This document shows positions 8,560-17,817 of a stretch of 64,000 nucleotides of DNA, one piece after another; within the stretch, counting starts at the first letter, position 1; each line of letters starts with the position of its first letter. Source of the stretch: an uncultured Planctomycetales bacterium (GTDB lineage Bacteria; Omnitrophota; Gorgyraeia; Zapsychrales; GWA2-47-8); contig CAYING010000003.1 in the NCBI GenBank assembly GCA_964364715.1, positions 3,764 to 67,763 of the forward strand, in the 5' to 3' direction. The position numbers and the translations under genes were made by a program. The notes under the pieces were generated by a model that was given only the letters and a program-made list of their open reading frames with translations, was not told the origin of the DNA and ran no database searches.

Positions 8560-10515
8560 TTAAAACTTCATCCCTTTTTTGCCTAAAACGATCAGCCCGG
8601 CCGCGACAAAAATACTTTCTGCAATCACATACAGCGCCAAAGTATTCGCTATGCCCGACGTGAAACCATATGAATGCAAACCCACGCTCAGCAAATTCAC
8701 CCCGAACCACGCCCACATCACGACGATCAGCAAAAACACACTCCCGGCCGCCATGCCGAGCGGATTGATCAATTTACTGATCCGGGCATGCAGGAGAATA
8801 GCGCACCAGAGGACGATGAGCAAAGCACCGTTCTCTTTGGGGTCCCAACCCCAAAAACGCCCCCAGGATTGGTCCGCCCAGATACCGCCCAGCGCCGTTC
8901 CCAGCAAGGTCATGGTCAATCCGAACCCGATAATGCCGAACATATTGCTAAAAGTTATTTCCAAACGCTTTTTATCATTCGGTTTACTGAGGGCCTGCAG
9001 GATATAAATATGCCCCATGATGCCGGCCACACAGCACCCCGCATAACCGATGGTGATCGAGATCACATGCGTGCTCAGCCAAAAATTCGAGTTCAGGACC
9101 GCCACCAGCATCTGCATCGTATCCCCGTCGCTGTTAAATTTTCCAGCGACGAACAACGCAACCAGCCCGGAAACACCGGAGACCACCAGCCCCATCCAAT
9201 TTTTATTCACCATCTCAAGGATAAACCCTAACAAAACACTGATCAGGCCCACAAAGATGAACGTTTCATAAAGGTTACTCACCGGCGGACGGGACATGAT
9301 CAATATCCGCAAGATCAAAGCGCCCAAATGCGGAATGAATCCCGCGGCTACGGAAAATACCGCGGCGCGGTACAGCCATTTTTTATCGGACATAAGAGAA
9401 GACAAAAACAAGATAAAAACGGCCGCATAGAAAAGCTCTGCCCAGGCGAACAAATTCAGTTTATTATAGAGAAGCTCCAGCGGAAATCTTTTCACCGCGT
9501 TCTTTTCTTTGGAAGAAAGCCGTTTACCGACGGAATCCATAAAACTCCGCCCCGCCAGGTCAAATTCAAGCTGCGATCCTGACCAATACGCAAGCGTCAT
9601 ATCACGGATGCTTTTCACTTCCGAATGATATTCCGGATCAAAATACCCGATATTGATCGTGTCCATGGGGCTCATCCACTGCTCATCGTCGTGGCTCTTG
9701 GTGGGAATGATCCCCAAGGGGCAATTGGCATAATTCTGCGTCCAGAAGAACAGGCCGTTCACTAAACCGAGAAAGACTTTATCGGCATCGGTCCAGGATT
9801 CTTTAGGCTTTCGCTCTAACGGTTCCGTGACCTTCTGTAAAGGATCCGACTTCTCAAGAATATCAAAAAAGCTGAACTCGCTTTGGTCTTTCGGCAGTTC
9901 CAGCGCCTCAAGGACCTCGGGTGTCGTGATCGTAAAATCCGGATGATGGAAACCGTAACTGAACGCCCCGGACAATTGGACATAGAGCCGGAGGTTGCTG
10001 AAAACCCGCAGCAGCTCCCGGTCGACGACAGATTGGCTCTTTTCATCGATCGCATTGGCGCTCATCGCCAGCTCTTGAAGCTTTGCGTAACCCGGTTCCA
10101 GCTGCTGATAGGAATAGCGCCTCTTTTTATCCAGCTCGATCTGCAGGGCTTCGGCGATCTCCGGGTTATTGATCAAAAAAACCTTGTCCTTGAAGGTCGT
10201 CCGCGGGGCGAATAAAAACCGCGCGAACCACACGAGCGCGGATTCTTTCTCATAATGTTTTTTCCCGGAAAGCTGGATCAAAAAACTTTCGGCATATGTA
10301 TCCAGCGGCTTGATCCGGCCCTGGTTCACAATAGGGATCCGCTTAAAGGTTTCCAGCGAATTGGCCTTTTCGGGTTTAAGATTATTGAGCGGACAAAACT
10401 GCTGAGCGGAAATGGCCTGCGGGAACAAAATCCCCAGGAAGAACAGGACTGCTATGCATCCTGCGAAGCTCAATCGAATATTTTTATTTTCCTTCATCCA
10501 CATAAGGCGATTCAA
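8560..10515 (-). CDS. ccsA: Cytochrome c biogenesis protein CcsA (system II heme-handling subunit) with a ~330-aa N-terminal periplasmic extension
   Basis: Tryptophan-rich WWD motif WGRFWGWDPKENGALL. Multiple TM helices in the C-terminal half; signal peptide plus a soluble N-terminal domain. Overlaps ccsB by 32 nt. Confidence 0.8.
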   Translation of the reverse strand: MNRLMWMKENKNIRLSFAGCIAVLFFLGILFPQAISAQQFCPLNNLKPEKANSLETFKRIPIVNQGRIKPLDTYAESFLIQLSGKKHYEKESALVWFARFLFAPRTTFKDKVFLINNPEIAEALQIELDKKRRYSYQQLEPGYAKLQELAMSANAIDEKSQSVVDRELLRVFSNLRLYVQLSGAFSYGFHHPDFTITTPEVLEALELPKDQSEFSFFDILEKSDPLQKVTEPLERKPKESWTDADKVFLGLVNGLFFWTQNYANCPLGIIPTKSHDDEQWMSPMDTINIGYFDPEYHSEVKSIRDMTLAYWSGSQLEFDLAGRSFMDSVGKRLSSKEKNAVKRFPLELLYNKLNLFAWAELFYAAVFILFLSSLMSDKKWLYRAAVFSVAAGFIPHLGALILRILIMSRPPVSNLYETFIFVGLISVLLGFILEMVNKNWMGLVVSGVSGLVALFVAGKFNSDGDTMQMLVAVLNSNFWLSTHVISITIGYAGCCVAGIMGHIYILQALSKPNDKKRLEITFSNMFGIIGFGLTMTLLGTALGGIWADQSWGRFWGWDPKENGALLIVLWCAILLHARISKLINPLGMAAGSVFLLIVVMWAWFGVNLLSVGLHSYGFTSGIANTLALYVIAESIFVAAGLIVLGKKGMKF

Positions 10516-11653
10516 ACTTTCTCTTGGAAGTAAAGGCCATCATAATAAAATGGATCGTCAGCCCCGCGAATGTGACAAAGGTCGCAATATAGGGCAAAAT
10601 CCAGCCGCCATTCTTAACGACCGCCAGCGTCGAGGCCTCGTTCCCCATCTTATCGATCTGATAAGAAGATTGGTATAAAGTAAATTCTTTATCCCGCAAA
10701 GGATTATTCATTGAGATCAATTTCTCGCGCCACGCGTTATTTGTGTTGATGGCTACCTGGCTGCTGAAGCTGCGCGGGGTATCAGTCCCCGGATATTGTT
10801 CCTTAATGAAATCAATCATTTTCAGATGGAACGGCAATTGATGCCGCGCCTGCCGCAGCATCATGGCATAATTTTTTCCGCCGGCCTTAAACGAGAACGG
10901 AGTTTCCTCACTCCCGTAAAGCATTAGGTCAAAATTTTCTCCGTCTTTCGGCTGAATAGTGAAAATTCCGCCCGGGGTGTTTTTCTCCGGCTCTTTCTCG
11001 AGGTCCGCCGGCTGCAGCCGCTGGATCCCGGAAGCGCTCAATATCTTCTTTTCATCCGCCGGGCCTGAGTAGGCCAGGCAATTCCGGTAAAAATCTTTTA
11101 CGGTCAACTTAAAGCCCAGCTGGAAAACATCAACTTCCTGCCCCGTTTTTAGGCCGCCCGCATCGATCGCCGTGACCTCGCGGGTATACTGCAGAGGCTT
11201 TTCATCTTTCCCCGCTTCCCAAACCGCGACCTCCCAATTATGGTATGCCGTCGAGACATTGGAGCTTTGGCCTTCGTATAATGTGAGAAAACTTTCCCGC
11301 GAGCTATGGAGCACAATATAACCGGATATCAAGAAAAGCATAAGGCCGAAATGGATAATGATGATGCCGATATTCCGCCATTTGTAAACCAACCGGGTCA
11401 ATGCCACACATACCAAATTAATGAACAAGACCCACATCACCAGCTGAGCCCCGGGAAAAGGGATAAATCCCAGCACCAGAAAAAAGAACGATTCGAAGAA
11501 TCTCTCCTGGGCGATGTACAAACCCTGTTGAACCTGAGCGATCGTTCCCCAATACGTGAGGATGAACAACAAGATCAAACACACGACCGCCAATTTCACG
11601 GAGGAAAGTGATTTAATGATTTTATTCTTGCGGAGTTTTTGACGGAAATTCAT
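10484..11653 (-). CDS. ccsB: Cytochrome c biogenesis protein CcsB/ResB
   Basis: N-terminal TM helix, large periplasmic domain and C-terminal TM helices, as in the ResB family. Adjacent to and overlapping ccsA. Confidence 0.75.
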   Translation of the reverse strand: MNFRQKLRKNKIIKSLSSVKLAVVCLILLFILTYWGTIAQVQQGLYIAQERFFESFFFLVLGFIPFPGAQLVMWVLFINLVCVALTRLVYKWRNIGIIIIHFGLMLFLISGYIVLHSSRESFLTLYEGQSSNVSTAYHNWEVAVWEAGKDEKPLQYTREVTAIDAGGLKTGQEVDVFQLGFKLTVKDFYRNCLAYSGPADEKKILSASGIQRLQPADLEKEPEKNTPGGIFTIQPKDGENFDLMLYGSEETPFSFKAGGKNYAMMLRQARHQLPFHLKMIDFIKEQYPGTDTPRSFSSQVAINTNNAWREKLISMNNPLRDKEFTLYQSSYQIDKMGNEASTLAVVKNGGWILPYIATFVTFAGLTIHFIMMAFTSKRKFESPYVDEGK

Positions 11654-11657
11654 TGCA

Positions 11658-12434
11658 TTATTTCAAGTGAATGGATTTAACAAAACTCTTGAGCGTATCA
11701 CGGCTGCTCAAAACCGCCGGTTTCGGGCCGGTCATTTTAACAAAAATTTGAGAACCTTCTTTTTCAATGACCGCGGCGATCATGCTCGGGGCGTCCGGCG
11801 GAGAATCATTCTGCATCTGAGTAAGGTCGATCAGGGTGACGGGCATTCCCTTGTCCGTGGAAAATTTTTCCTGGCGCTGGATAAAGCTGTCCAATTCTTT
11901 GGCATCCGGGACCGGGATCTTGATCTGCTGGATCCAGCGCGCCACGTTTGCGCTCAGCCCGCCGGCTGATCCGCCTAATGAAACGATGGTTGTTTCGGTC
12001 TTGGGGTCGGTCGAGGTAAATGTCGCCAGCCGCAATCCGCCGCCTCTTTTTTCCGACCATCCCTTGGGCGTTTCCCATTCCAGAGGAGTTTGATCGGCGG
12101 AGGCGCTGATCTGCTGCTGCAGGGCAGGATCGTTCATTCCCTGCATCATGGGAGGTATGTCTTGCTGATTAGAACCCTTTAAGCCGGCGTGGATGTCATC
12201 GTCAGGCATGAGCCCGGCGCGAACGCCATCCTGGGGCATAAGCCCGGCATGGATATCGTCTTGCGGCATACCGGAGAACATTCCTCCGGTTGGCGGGGTC
12301 ATCTTCTTAGGAGCATCCCCGAAGACTTCTGTGTATTGACGGAGTTTGGCAGGCTGTTCACATCCCAGGAACAGAACTGATGTAAGGGAAATATATAAAA
12401 ATAAAAGGCCGAACCGGCCGGAAATCTGCAGCAT
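11658..12434 (-). CDS. Lipoprotein with a tandem peptide repeat (MPxDxIHAGL x3), function unknown
   Basis: Lipobox LFLGC. DNA tandem repeat of ~30 nt at about 12180-12270 encodes MPQDDIHAGLMPQDGVRAGLMPDDDIHAGL. Confidence 0.6.
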   Translation of the reverse strand: MLQISGRFGLLFLYISLTSVLFLGCEQPAKLRQYTEVFGDAPKKMTPPTGGMFSGMPQDDIHAGLMPQDGVRAGLMPDDDIHAGLKGSNQQDIPPMMQGMNDPALQQQISASADQTPLEWETPKGWSEKRGGGLRLATFTSTDPKTETTIVSLGGSAGGLSANVARWIQQIKIPVPDAKELDSFIQRQEKFSTDKGMPVTLIDLTQMQNDSPPDAPSMIAAVIEKEGSQIFVKMTGPKPAVLSSRDTLKSFVKSIHLK

Positions 12435-12517
12435 AAAAATTTTTCTCCCGAAAGTTGGTAGTATCCTAACAAAATGCCATTAAGAATTCAACAGGAAAAG
12501 ACCTTTCCGACAAAAAT

Positions 12518-14014
12518 CTAACTCCCGGAATGGCACTCTGAACAGTGCATTTCCTTCCACCCCTCATCTGTTTCATCCGGATGGCGAAACGGAAGACCGT
12601 CCGCGTTCTTCTCAGTGGCCCCGACGGGCCCCTGTTCAATAATGGAATGGCACTGATTGCAATCCTTGGACAAAACCTTCCCGTCCGATGTCTTATGCTT
12701 CTCATCATGGCACCGGAAGCATCCCGGGAAAATAAAATGCCCGATATTATCTGGGTACGCCTTCCACGATGCCTTCATCCGGGGAAAAATATTCATCTTA
12801 TAAATTTCCAAGATCGATGCCACCGCCTGGTCGACCAAGCTCCGGTTCTGAGAAAAAAATTCCGGATATTTTTTCTGATAAAATTTCTCGATTTTTTCTT
12901 TGATCGCGGATTCTGCCGCCTCTTCGGTCTCATACTCTGCGGATAAAACCTTCAACGCCTCCCGCTTGATATACGGGATGGAGTTGTCGATCGCGCCGCG
13001 AGCCAGCACCTCGTTGAGCGTTTTGTCCGGAGAGTTGTAAATGTGCGCAGGACGGTTATGACAGTCCATGCAATCCATCTGACGCAGTTCTCCCTCCGGC
13101 GGTTTCTCCGCAGAATATTTTGAGTCCTCATCAACGTAGATGTCCTCTTTGCCGTCGGCACGGACGACTTTGATCCAGGGAATCGTTTGCCGCTTTGCAT
13201 CTGTGGCGACATAATACACCTTGCTGTTGATATTCATATGCCAATGGATCCCCTCCTTCTTTCCATACGGAGGGTTCCCGCCGCCCACCAGCATCAGCAT
13301 CCTGCTCTTCCAGGCGGTATTTTTCTCATCGGACAAAAAATAAGTTTTATCTGCTTCAATTGCGCCGAAAAACTGCTGCGGCCAATGGCACTTTTCGCAG
13401 GTCTCTTGAGCCGGACGAAGATTTTTGACCGGGGTCTCTATCGGACGGCTATATTTCTTGAAAATGACAGAATAAACCTGATATGTCCCGGCAAGTTTCG
13501 ATCTGACGTACCAATCCACCCCATGCCCGATATGACAATGAACGCACGCCACCCGGGCATGCGGTGAATTCTGATAGGTCGTGAATTCCGGATGCATGAC
13601 TTGATGGCATGTCTTCCCGCAAAACGTCACCGATTCGGTAAATTCATAAGCCCGGTAACTCCCCACCGCCGTGAACAGCAAAAACGCCGTCACAACACAG
13701 ATTGTGACATACGCGATCCTCTGATGCATGGGATTATTGAAATCAATGTGAGGAAAACGCCGGGCATGACCGCGCTTGACCCTTAGCTTGCGCTCGAGCA
13801 TGGCGCCGATGGGGATCAGCAATAAAGAAATGATGAGGAAAATCGGAGCGATTAAATACGTAACCACCCCAAGGTACGGGTTCGCCTCTTTATTGCGGAA
13901 GTCTAGAATGAAAAATACGAGAATGACGGAAAAGCAGAAGCTGGAAAGGATGCCTCCGGCGACGCTGACCCAATTTTGAAAGAGACTCGGTTGTTTATTT
14001 TCGTCGGACTGCAT
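12518..14014 (-). CDS. Membrane-anchored heptaheme cytochrome c, NapC/NrfH-like quinol dehydrogenase type
   Basis: Seven CXXCH motifs (CGKTCH, CVHCH, CEKCH, CMDCH, CFRCH, CNQCH, CSECH). N-terminal TM helices lie immediately before the first heme motif. Confidence 0.8.
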   Translation of the reverse strand: MQSDENKQPSLFQNWVSVAGGILSSFCFSVILVFFILDFRNKEANPYLGVVTYLIAPIFLIISLLLIPIGAMLERKLRVKRGHARRFPHIDFNNPMHQRIAYVTICVVTAFLLFTAVGSYRAYEFTESVTFCGKTCHQVMHPEFTTYQNSPHARVACVHCHIGHGVDWYVRSKLAGTYQVYSVIFKKYSRPIETPVKNLRPAQETCEKCHWPQQFFGAIEADKTYFLSDEKNTAWKSRMLMLVGGGNPPYGKKEGIHWHMNINSKVYYVATDAKRQTIPWIKVVRADGKEDIYVDEDSKYSAEKPPEGELRQMDCMDCHNRPAHIYNSPDKTLNEVLARGAIDNSIPYIKREALKVLSAEYETEEAAESAIKEKIEKFYQKKYPEFFSQNRSLVDQAVASILEIYKMNIFPRMKASWKAYPDNIGHFIFPGCFRCHDEKHKTSDGKVLSKDCNQCHSIIEQGPVGATEKNADGLPFRHPDETDEGWKEMHCSECHSGS

Positions 14015-14092
14015 AAAAAGAGGCCTGCTAAATTCTCGCCGGCCGCGTCAAACTGGCGGGATCGTGAAAAGGGCAGAAATTCCGCTAAAAGT

Positions 14093-15529
14093 TTATTTAT
14101 ACCGTTCCTGAAACTGCTTTTGAGCTTCAAGCCGTTTCGCCGCCTCGGCCGGATCCATTTTGTTGATATACCATTTATGGTCCGCAGATTCCAGGACTTC
14201 CGATAATTTATTTTTTAACATCTGGGCTGCTTCTGATTCTTTCTTGTCCTTGGAGTCGATGTTCTTTTCAACAATCGCCTCAAGCGCCGGGATAAATTCG
14301 GCATAGAACCTTTTGGCGACCTCGTAGGTCCCGTGCCAATGCGTATAATCCGGCCCCATCATAGACGCGCCGTGCCTTGCCCTACGCCCTTCATGATGCC
14401 ACAGCTCATACCAGATAAAATCGATCTCATTACTGAATTCTACCGGCTTCAATAATGGCTGCGCCAATTTCATCAGCTCCTGACCCGGCCTGGCAAATTT
14501 CTCAGTATACAATTCCAACAGGCTGTCATATTGCAGATAAAAGCTGTCCACATAATTGGCGCTGTGGCATTCTGTGCAGACTTTCTTCATGTTCTTCCGG
14601 CGGGTTTCCCAGGACACGTCTTTCCCGGGGAGTCCCATCTTGCCATCGGAAACTTCCGGACGGATAGAAATAGCCGGCCGATTGTTCCAACTGATACGCA
14701 TCCCGACGTCGTGGGTGACATCCATATCCGGGGTCGCGCTCATATGGCAAGTCGCGCACGTCGGAGCAGCATTATAATCTTCGCCGAGAACCCATTTCTC
14801 ATTATCTAAATTCATTTTATGTTTATTCGCATGAAAGGCAATGCCGTGCTTCGATTCTTCGTAGATCTCGATCTGCGGATGGTCCGGCCCCATATGGCAT
14901 TTTCCGCAATTCTCCGGATTTCTGGCCTGTTCAACGGAAAATTTGTGCCGGGAATGGCATGCCGAGCAGGAACCTTCGGACCCATCGGGATTGATCCGGC
15001 CGATCCCGGTATTGGGCCACGTGGCCGGGTCCAGGGAACCGTCCTTCAAAACCTTAACTTCGGAGCCGTGGCATTGCCAGCAGCCGTTAACGGCAGCGGC
15101 GGAGACACCTTCCGGAAAACCAGGCGTTTTCATCATAAGATTGCCCTCGACGATATCCGCGAGGCGATTGTCCAAGGAGCCAAGAATCCTGGCGCCTTTG
15201 GAATGGTGAGACGAATTGAATTCGTTGACCTCTTTAGCATGGCAGCGGGAGCAATCCTGAGGCGAAACAATTATGGAGATGATCTCGCCGTAATGGTCAA
15301 TGGCATCCTTATCGGATTTATCGGCCTGATGGCATTCATAACATCCGACATTGCCCCTAAAATGCTTGCTGGCACCCCACTGCTGAACGATAACGGGCGT
15401 CTCTTCCCGGTGGCATTCAAGACAATCCTTGGACTTGACCGACAACTCGTCAAGACCGTAGGCACTGCGCCATACCAGAACAAAAGTTAATAATAAAAAA
15501 CATGCCCCCGAAAAGAAATATTTTTTCAT
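14093..15529 (-). CDS. Octaheme cytochrome c, hydroxylamine oxidoreductase (HAO)-like
   Basis: Eight CXXCH motifs (CLECH, CYECH, CSRCH, CWQCH, CSACH, CGKCH, CATCH, CTECH). Size ~480 aa. The signal peptide starts at the internal Met MKKYFFSGACFLLL; the track's 50-aa N-terminal extension is rejected. Confidence 0.8.
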   Translation of the reverse strand: MKKYFFSGACFLLLTFVLVWRSAYGLDELSVKSKDCLECHREETPVIVQQWGASKHFRGNVGCYECHQADKSDKDAIDHYGEIISIIVSPQDCSRCHAKEVNEFNSSHHSKGARILGSLDNRLADIVEGNLMMKTPGFPEGVSAAAVNGCWQCHGSEVKVLKDGSLDPATWPNTGIGRINPDGSEGSCSACHSRHKFSVEQARNPENCGKCHMGPDHPQIEIYEESKHGIAFHANKHKMNLDNEKWVLGEDYNAAPTCATCHMSATPDMDVTHDVGMRISWNNRPAISIRPEVSDGKMGLPGKDVSWETRRKNMKKVCTECHSANYVDSFYLQYDSLLELYTEKFARPGQELMKLAQPLLKPVEFSNEIDFIWYELWHHEGRRARHGASMMGPDYTHWHGTYEVAKRFYAEFIPALEAIVEKNIDSKDKKESEAAQMLKNKLSEVLESADHKWYINKMDPAEAAKRLEAQKQFQERYK

Positions 15530-15572
15530 AATCGTTCCGTCCATTGTTTTCCCGTCTAAATTTCTACGATAG

Positions 15573-16130
15573 TTACTCTTTCGGCACCGGGTGCTTGATC
15601 TGTTCGAGTCTTTCCTTGAAATCAAAAGATTTATATGTCGGGGCTTCGGGGTTGTGGCATTTCTTGCAAGTATTTTCATCAGGAATTACCAGGCCCTGCG
15701 CGACCGCTTCTTCCTCATCTTCCATAACGCTTTTCTTCATATAATCCTTGCCGGCGCCGTGACAGGATTCACAGGAAACCCCTTCCTCGACGGTAATCGC
15801 CTCGGTGGCCTTTGCTTCCGTGAAATTATAAGCCGTTGAATGGCATTTCAGGCATTTGCCGCTTGTGGACGGATCATCAATACCTAACTTAGCGGCCTGC
15901 TCTTTGGCCTCCGGGGTCTTTAAGGTCTCAAACGCTTTGGCATGTTTTGACTCCTGCCAGATTTTAAACTGTTCCCCCTGCTCCGGTTTTTTATGGCACA
16001 TGGAACATTTTGTAACTCCCACAAATTCGTGTTCCGCCTGGACGGCGGACATCTCAGCGCCCCACATAAGCATAACTGCACATCCCCCAAAAACTAATAC
16101 GGCATTAATGACTGTTAAGCCTCGTTTCAT
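15573..16130 (-). CDS. Tetraheme cytochrome c
   Basis: Four CXXCH motifs (CSMCH, CLKCH, CESCH, CKKCH). N-terminal signal/anchor. Confidence 0.8.
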   Translation of the reverse strand: MKRGLTVINAVLVFGGCAVMLMWGAEMSAVQAEHEFVGVTKCSMCHKKPEQGEQFKIWQESKHAKAFETLKTPEAKEQAAKLGIDDPSTSGKCLKCHSTAYNFTEAKATEAITVEEGVSCESCHGAGKDYMKKSVMEDEEEAVAQGLVIPDENTCKKCHNPEAPTYKSFDFKERLEQIKHPVPKE

Positions 16131-16161
16131 TTTTTATCCTCCTGTATTCCGGTGAATTAAT

Positions 16162-17313
16162 TTATTTTTCCTGAATCCCTTGATCCGGCTGCGCTGAGTG
16201 CGGAATGCCAAAAATATCAAATTTATATTCTTTGCCGAAAATTTTTTGTTTACTCTCCGAAATAAACCCTAAAACACCAAATACCAATAAAGACAACAAA
16301 ACCAAGACCCCTATGGTCACCGAGATCGGGCGTTTGAACGGATGCCGCTGAGGGCTTCTATCCAAAAAAGGCCACAATAAAAGCAAGACAGGCGCCAGAC
16401 CGACGACAAAAATCCCCAAAAGTTTAGAAAAATATTTCAAAACATGATACATCGGCAAAAAATACCACTCCGGCTTTATCCCCTCGGGAGTGCTTAACGG
16501 ATCGGCCTTTTCGCCCAATTCAAAAGGAGCCAGGATCGATAACGTGATCAAGATACCGAGCAGAATAAAAAAGACGACCCCTTCCTTGAGCATATGGTGC
16601 GGGAAGAACGGGATCCCGTCTTTTACCTTAGTCTCTTTCTCATCCCCCACCGGGTCCATCGTCGCGATCCCCTGAAACCTCACCAAAAATAGATGAATGG
16701 CAATCAAAAAGAAAACCGTCCAGGGAAGGATGATGACGTGGATCACAAAGAAACGGGAAAGAGTTTCTCCGCCGACCGACGTGCCCCCCCGCATCAATGT
16801 CTTCATCCATTCTCCGACAAACGGAATAGCGCCGGCGATCTCTGTCCCGACCGTCGTTGCCCAATACGCCAACTGGTTCCACGGCAGAAGATATCCCGTA
16901 AACCCGAAGACTAACGTCAAAACGAACAGAAAAACACCAATAAGCCAGGTTATTTCCCGCGGTCTTTTGAACGATCCGGTAAAAAATGTGCGCAGCATAT
17001 GCAGAAAGACAACGATCACCATCAAATTCGCCCCCCAGGCATGGACCTGACGGTATAACCACCCCATATACGGTGTGGTCATAATAAATTTAATGCTCTC
17101 AAAGGCTTCATCGACGGTGGGACGGTAATAGATCAAGAGCAATATCCCGGTCAGGACCTGGCTGACAAAAAGGAATAAGGACATGCTTCCGAGGGTATGA
17201 AACCAACCGGTACTTCTGGGAAGCGGTTTTTTGATCTGGTACTGCAGCGACCCTTCGATCTTCTCCAGATCGTAGCGCTTCGACAACCATTCTCTTAAAT
17301 TAAATTTCAGCAT
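16162..17313 (-). CDS. Cytochrome b (fused cytochrome b6 / subunit IV type) of a Rieske/cytochrome b complex
   Basis: Conserved cytochrome b segments: GWFHTLGSMSLFLFVSQVLTGILL, bis-His helix pairs, and PEWYFLPMY of the C-terminal portion. Confidence 0.9.
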   Translation of the reverse strand: MLKFNLREWLSKRYDLEKIEGSLQYQIKKPLPRSTGWFHTLGSMSLFLFVSQVLTGILLLIYYRPTVDEAFESIKFIMTTPYMGWLYRQVHAWGANLMVIVVFLHMLRTFFTGSFKRPREITWLIGVFLFVLTLVFGFTGYLLPWNQLAYWATTVGTEIAGAIPFVGEWMKTLMRGGTSVGGETLSRFFVIHVIILPWTVFFLIAIHLFLVRFQGIATMDPVGDEKETKVKDGIPFFPHHMLKEGVVFFILLGILITLSILAPFELGEKADPLSTPEGIKPEWYFLPMYHVLKYFSKLLGIFVVGLAPVLLLLWPFLDRSPQRHPFKRPISVTIGVLVLLSLLVFGVLGFISESKQKIFGKEYKFDIFGIPHSAQPDQGIQEK

Positions 17314-17345
17314 AAAAATTTTTGTTCCCTTCGCGGAAATTTCGG

Positions 17346-17816
17346 TTACACCTTCACCATGACTCTGCCGTTGACAACGCTCACTTCATGCGGCGGGAGC
17401 GGGCGCGGCGGAGGCCCTGCCACAACTTTTCCATCAAGATCAAAAAGGCCCGCATGGCAAGGGCAGATGATCTCCCGTTTCTTACCGTCCCACTCGACCA
17501 AACACCCTAAATGGGTGCAGATGGCAGAATAGGCCTTAAACCCTTGCGGCGTTCGGATAACCAGAATAGCGCTGCCTGCCACAATTACTTTTTTCCCTCC
17601 CCAGGCCGGAATATCATCCTCGGCGCCGACATCACTTAAACCCCCGGCCGGACCCCGACGGGTCACCGGCCAAAGATAAGCTAAGGCCGGGGCCACCATC
17701 CCGGCCAAGGTCGTGAACAGCCCCAGCCGGATGATCCATCCCAGAAAATCCCTGCGGCTCAAATTTTCCTTTTCCAAAACTGCGGTTTTTACGTGCCCCG
17801 GATTTTCATTTACCAT
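17346..17816 (-). CDS. Rieske [2Fe-2S] iron-sulfur protein
   Basis: Rieske boxes CTHLGC and CPCHAG. Canonical twin-arginine signal SRRDFLG. An internal start (MVNENPGH) abuts the upstream cytochrome gene. Confidence 0.85.
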   Translation of the reverse strand: MVNENPGHVKTAVLEKENLSRRDFLGWIIRLGLFTTLAGMVAPALAYLWPVTRRGPAGGLSDVGAEDDIPAWGGKKVIVAGSAILVIRTPQGFKAYSAICTHLGCLVEWDGKKREIICPCHAGLFDLDGKVVAGPPPRPLPPHEVSVVNGRVMVKV

Positions 17817-17817
17817 A

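Noticed and set aside
14819-15490. 223-aa plus-strand ORF, and many other plus-strand ORFs (e.g. 2730..3131, 4347..4760, 9883..10215, 24689..25120, 44240..44872)
   Set aside because: Each lies entirely inside a well-supported minus-strand gene (HAO-like cytochrome, GT2, glycosidase, CcsA, HemA, hypothetical). They have no motifs and are interpreted as antisense shadow ORFs.
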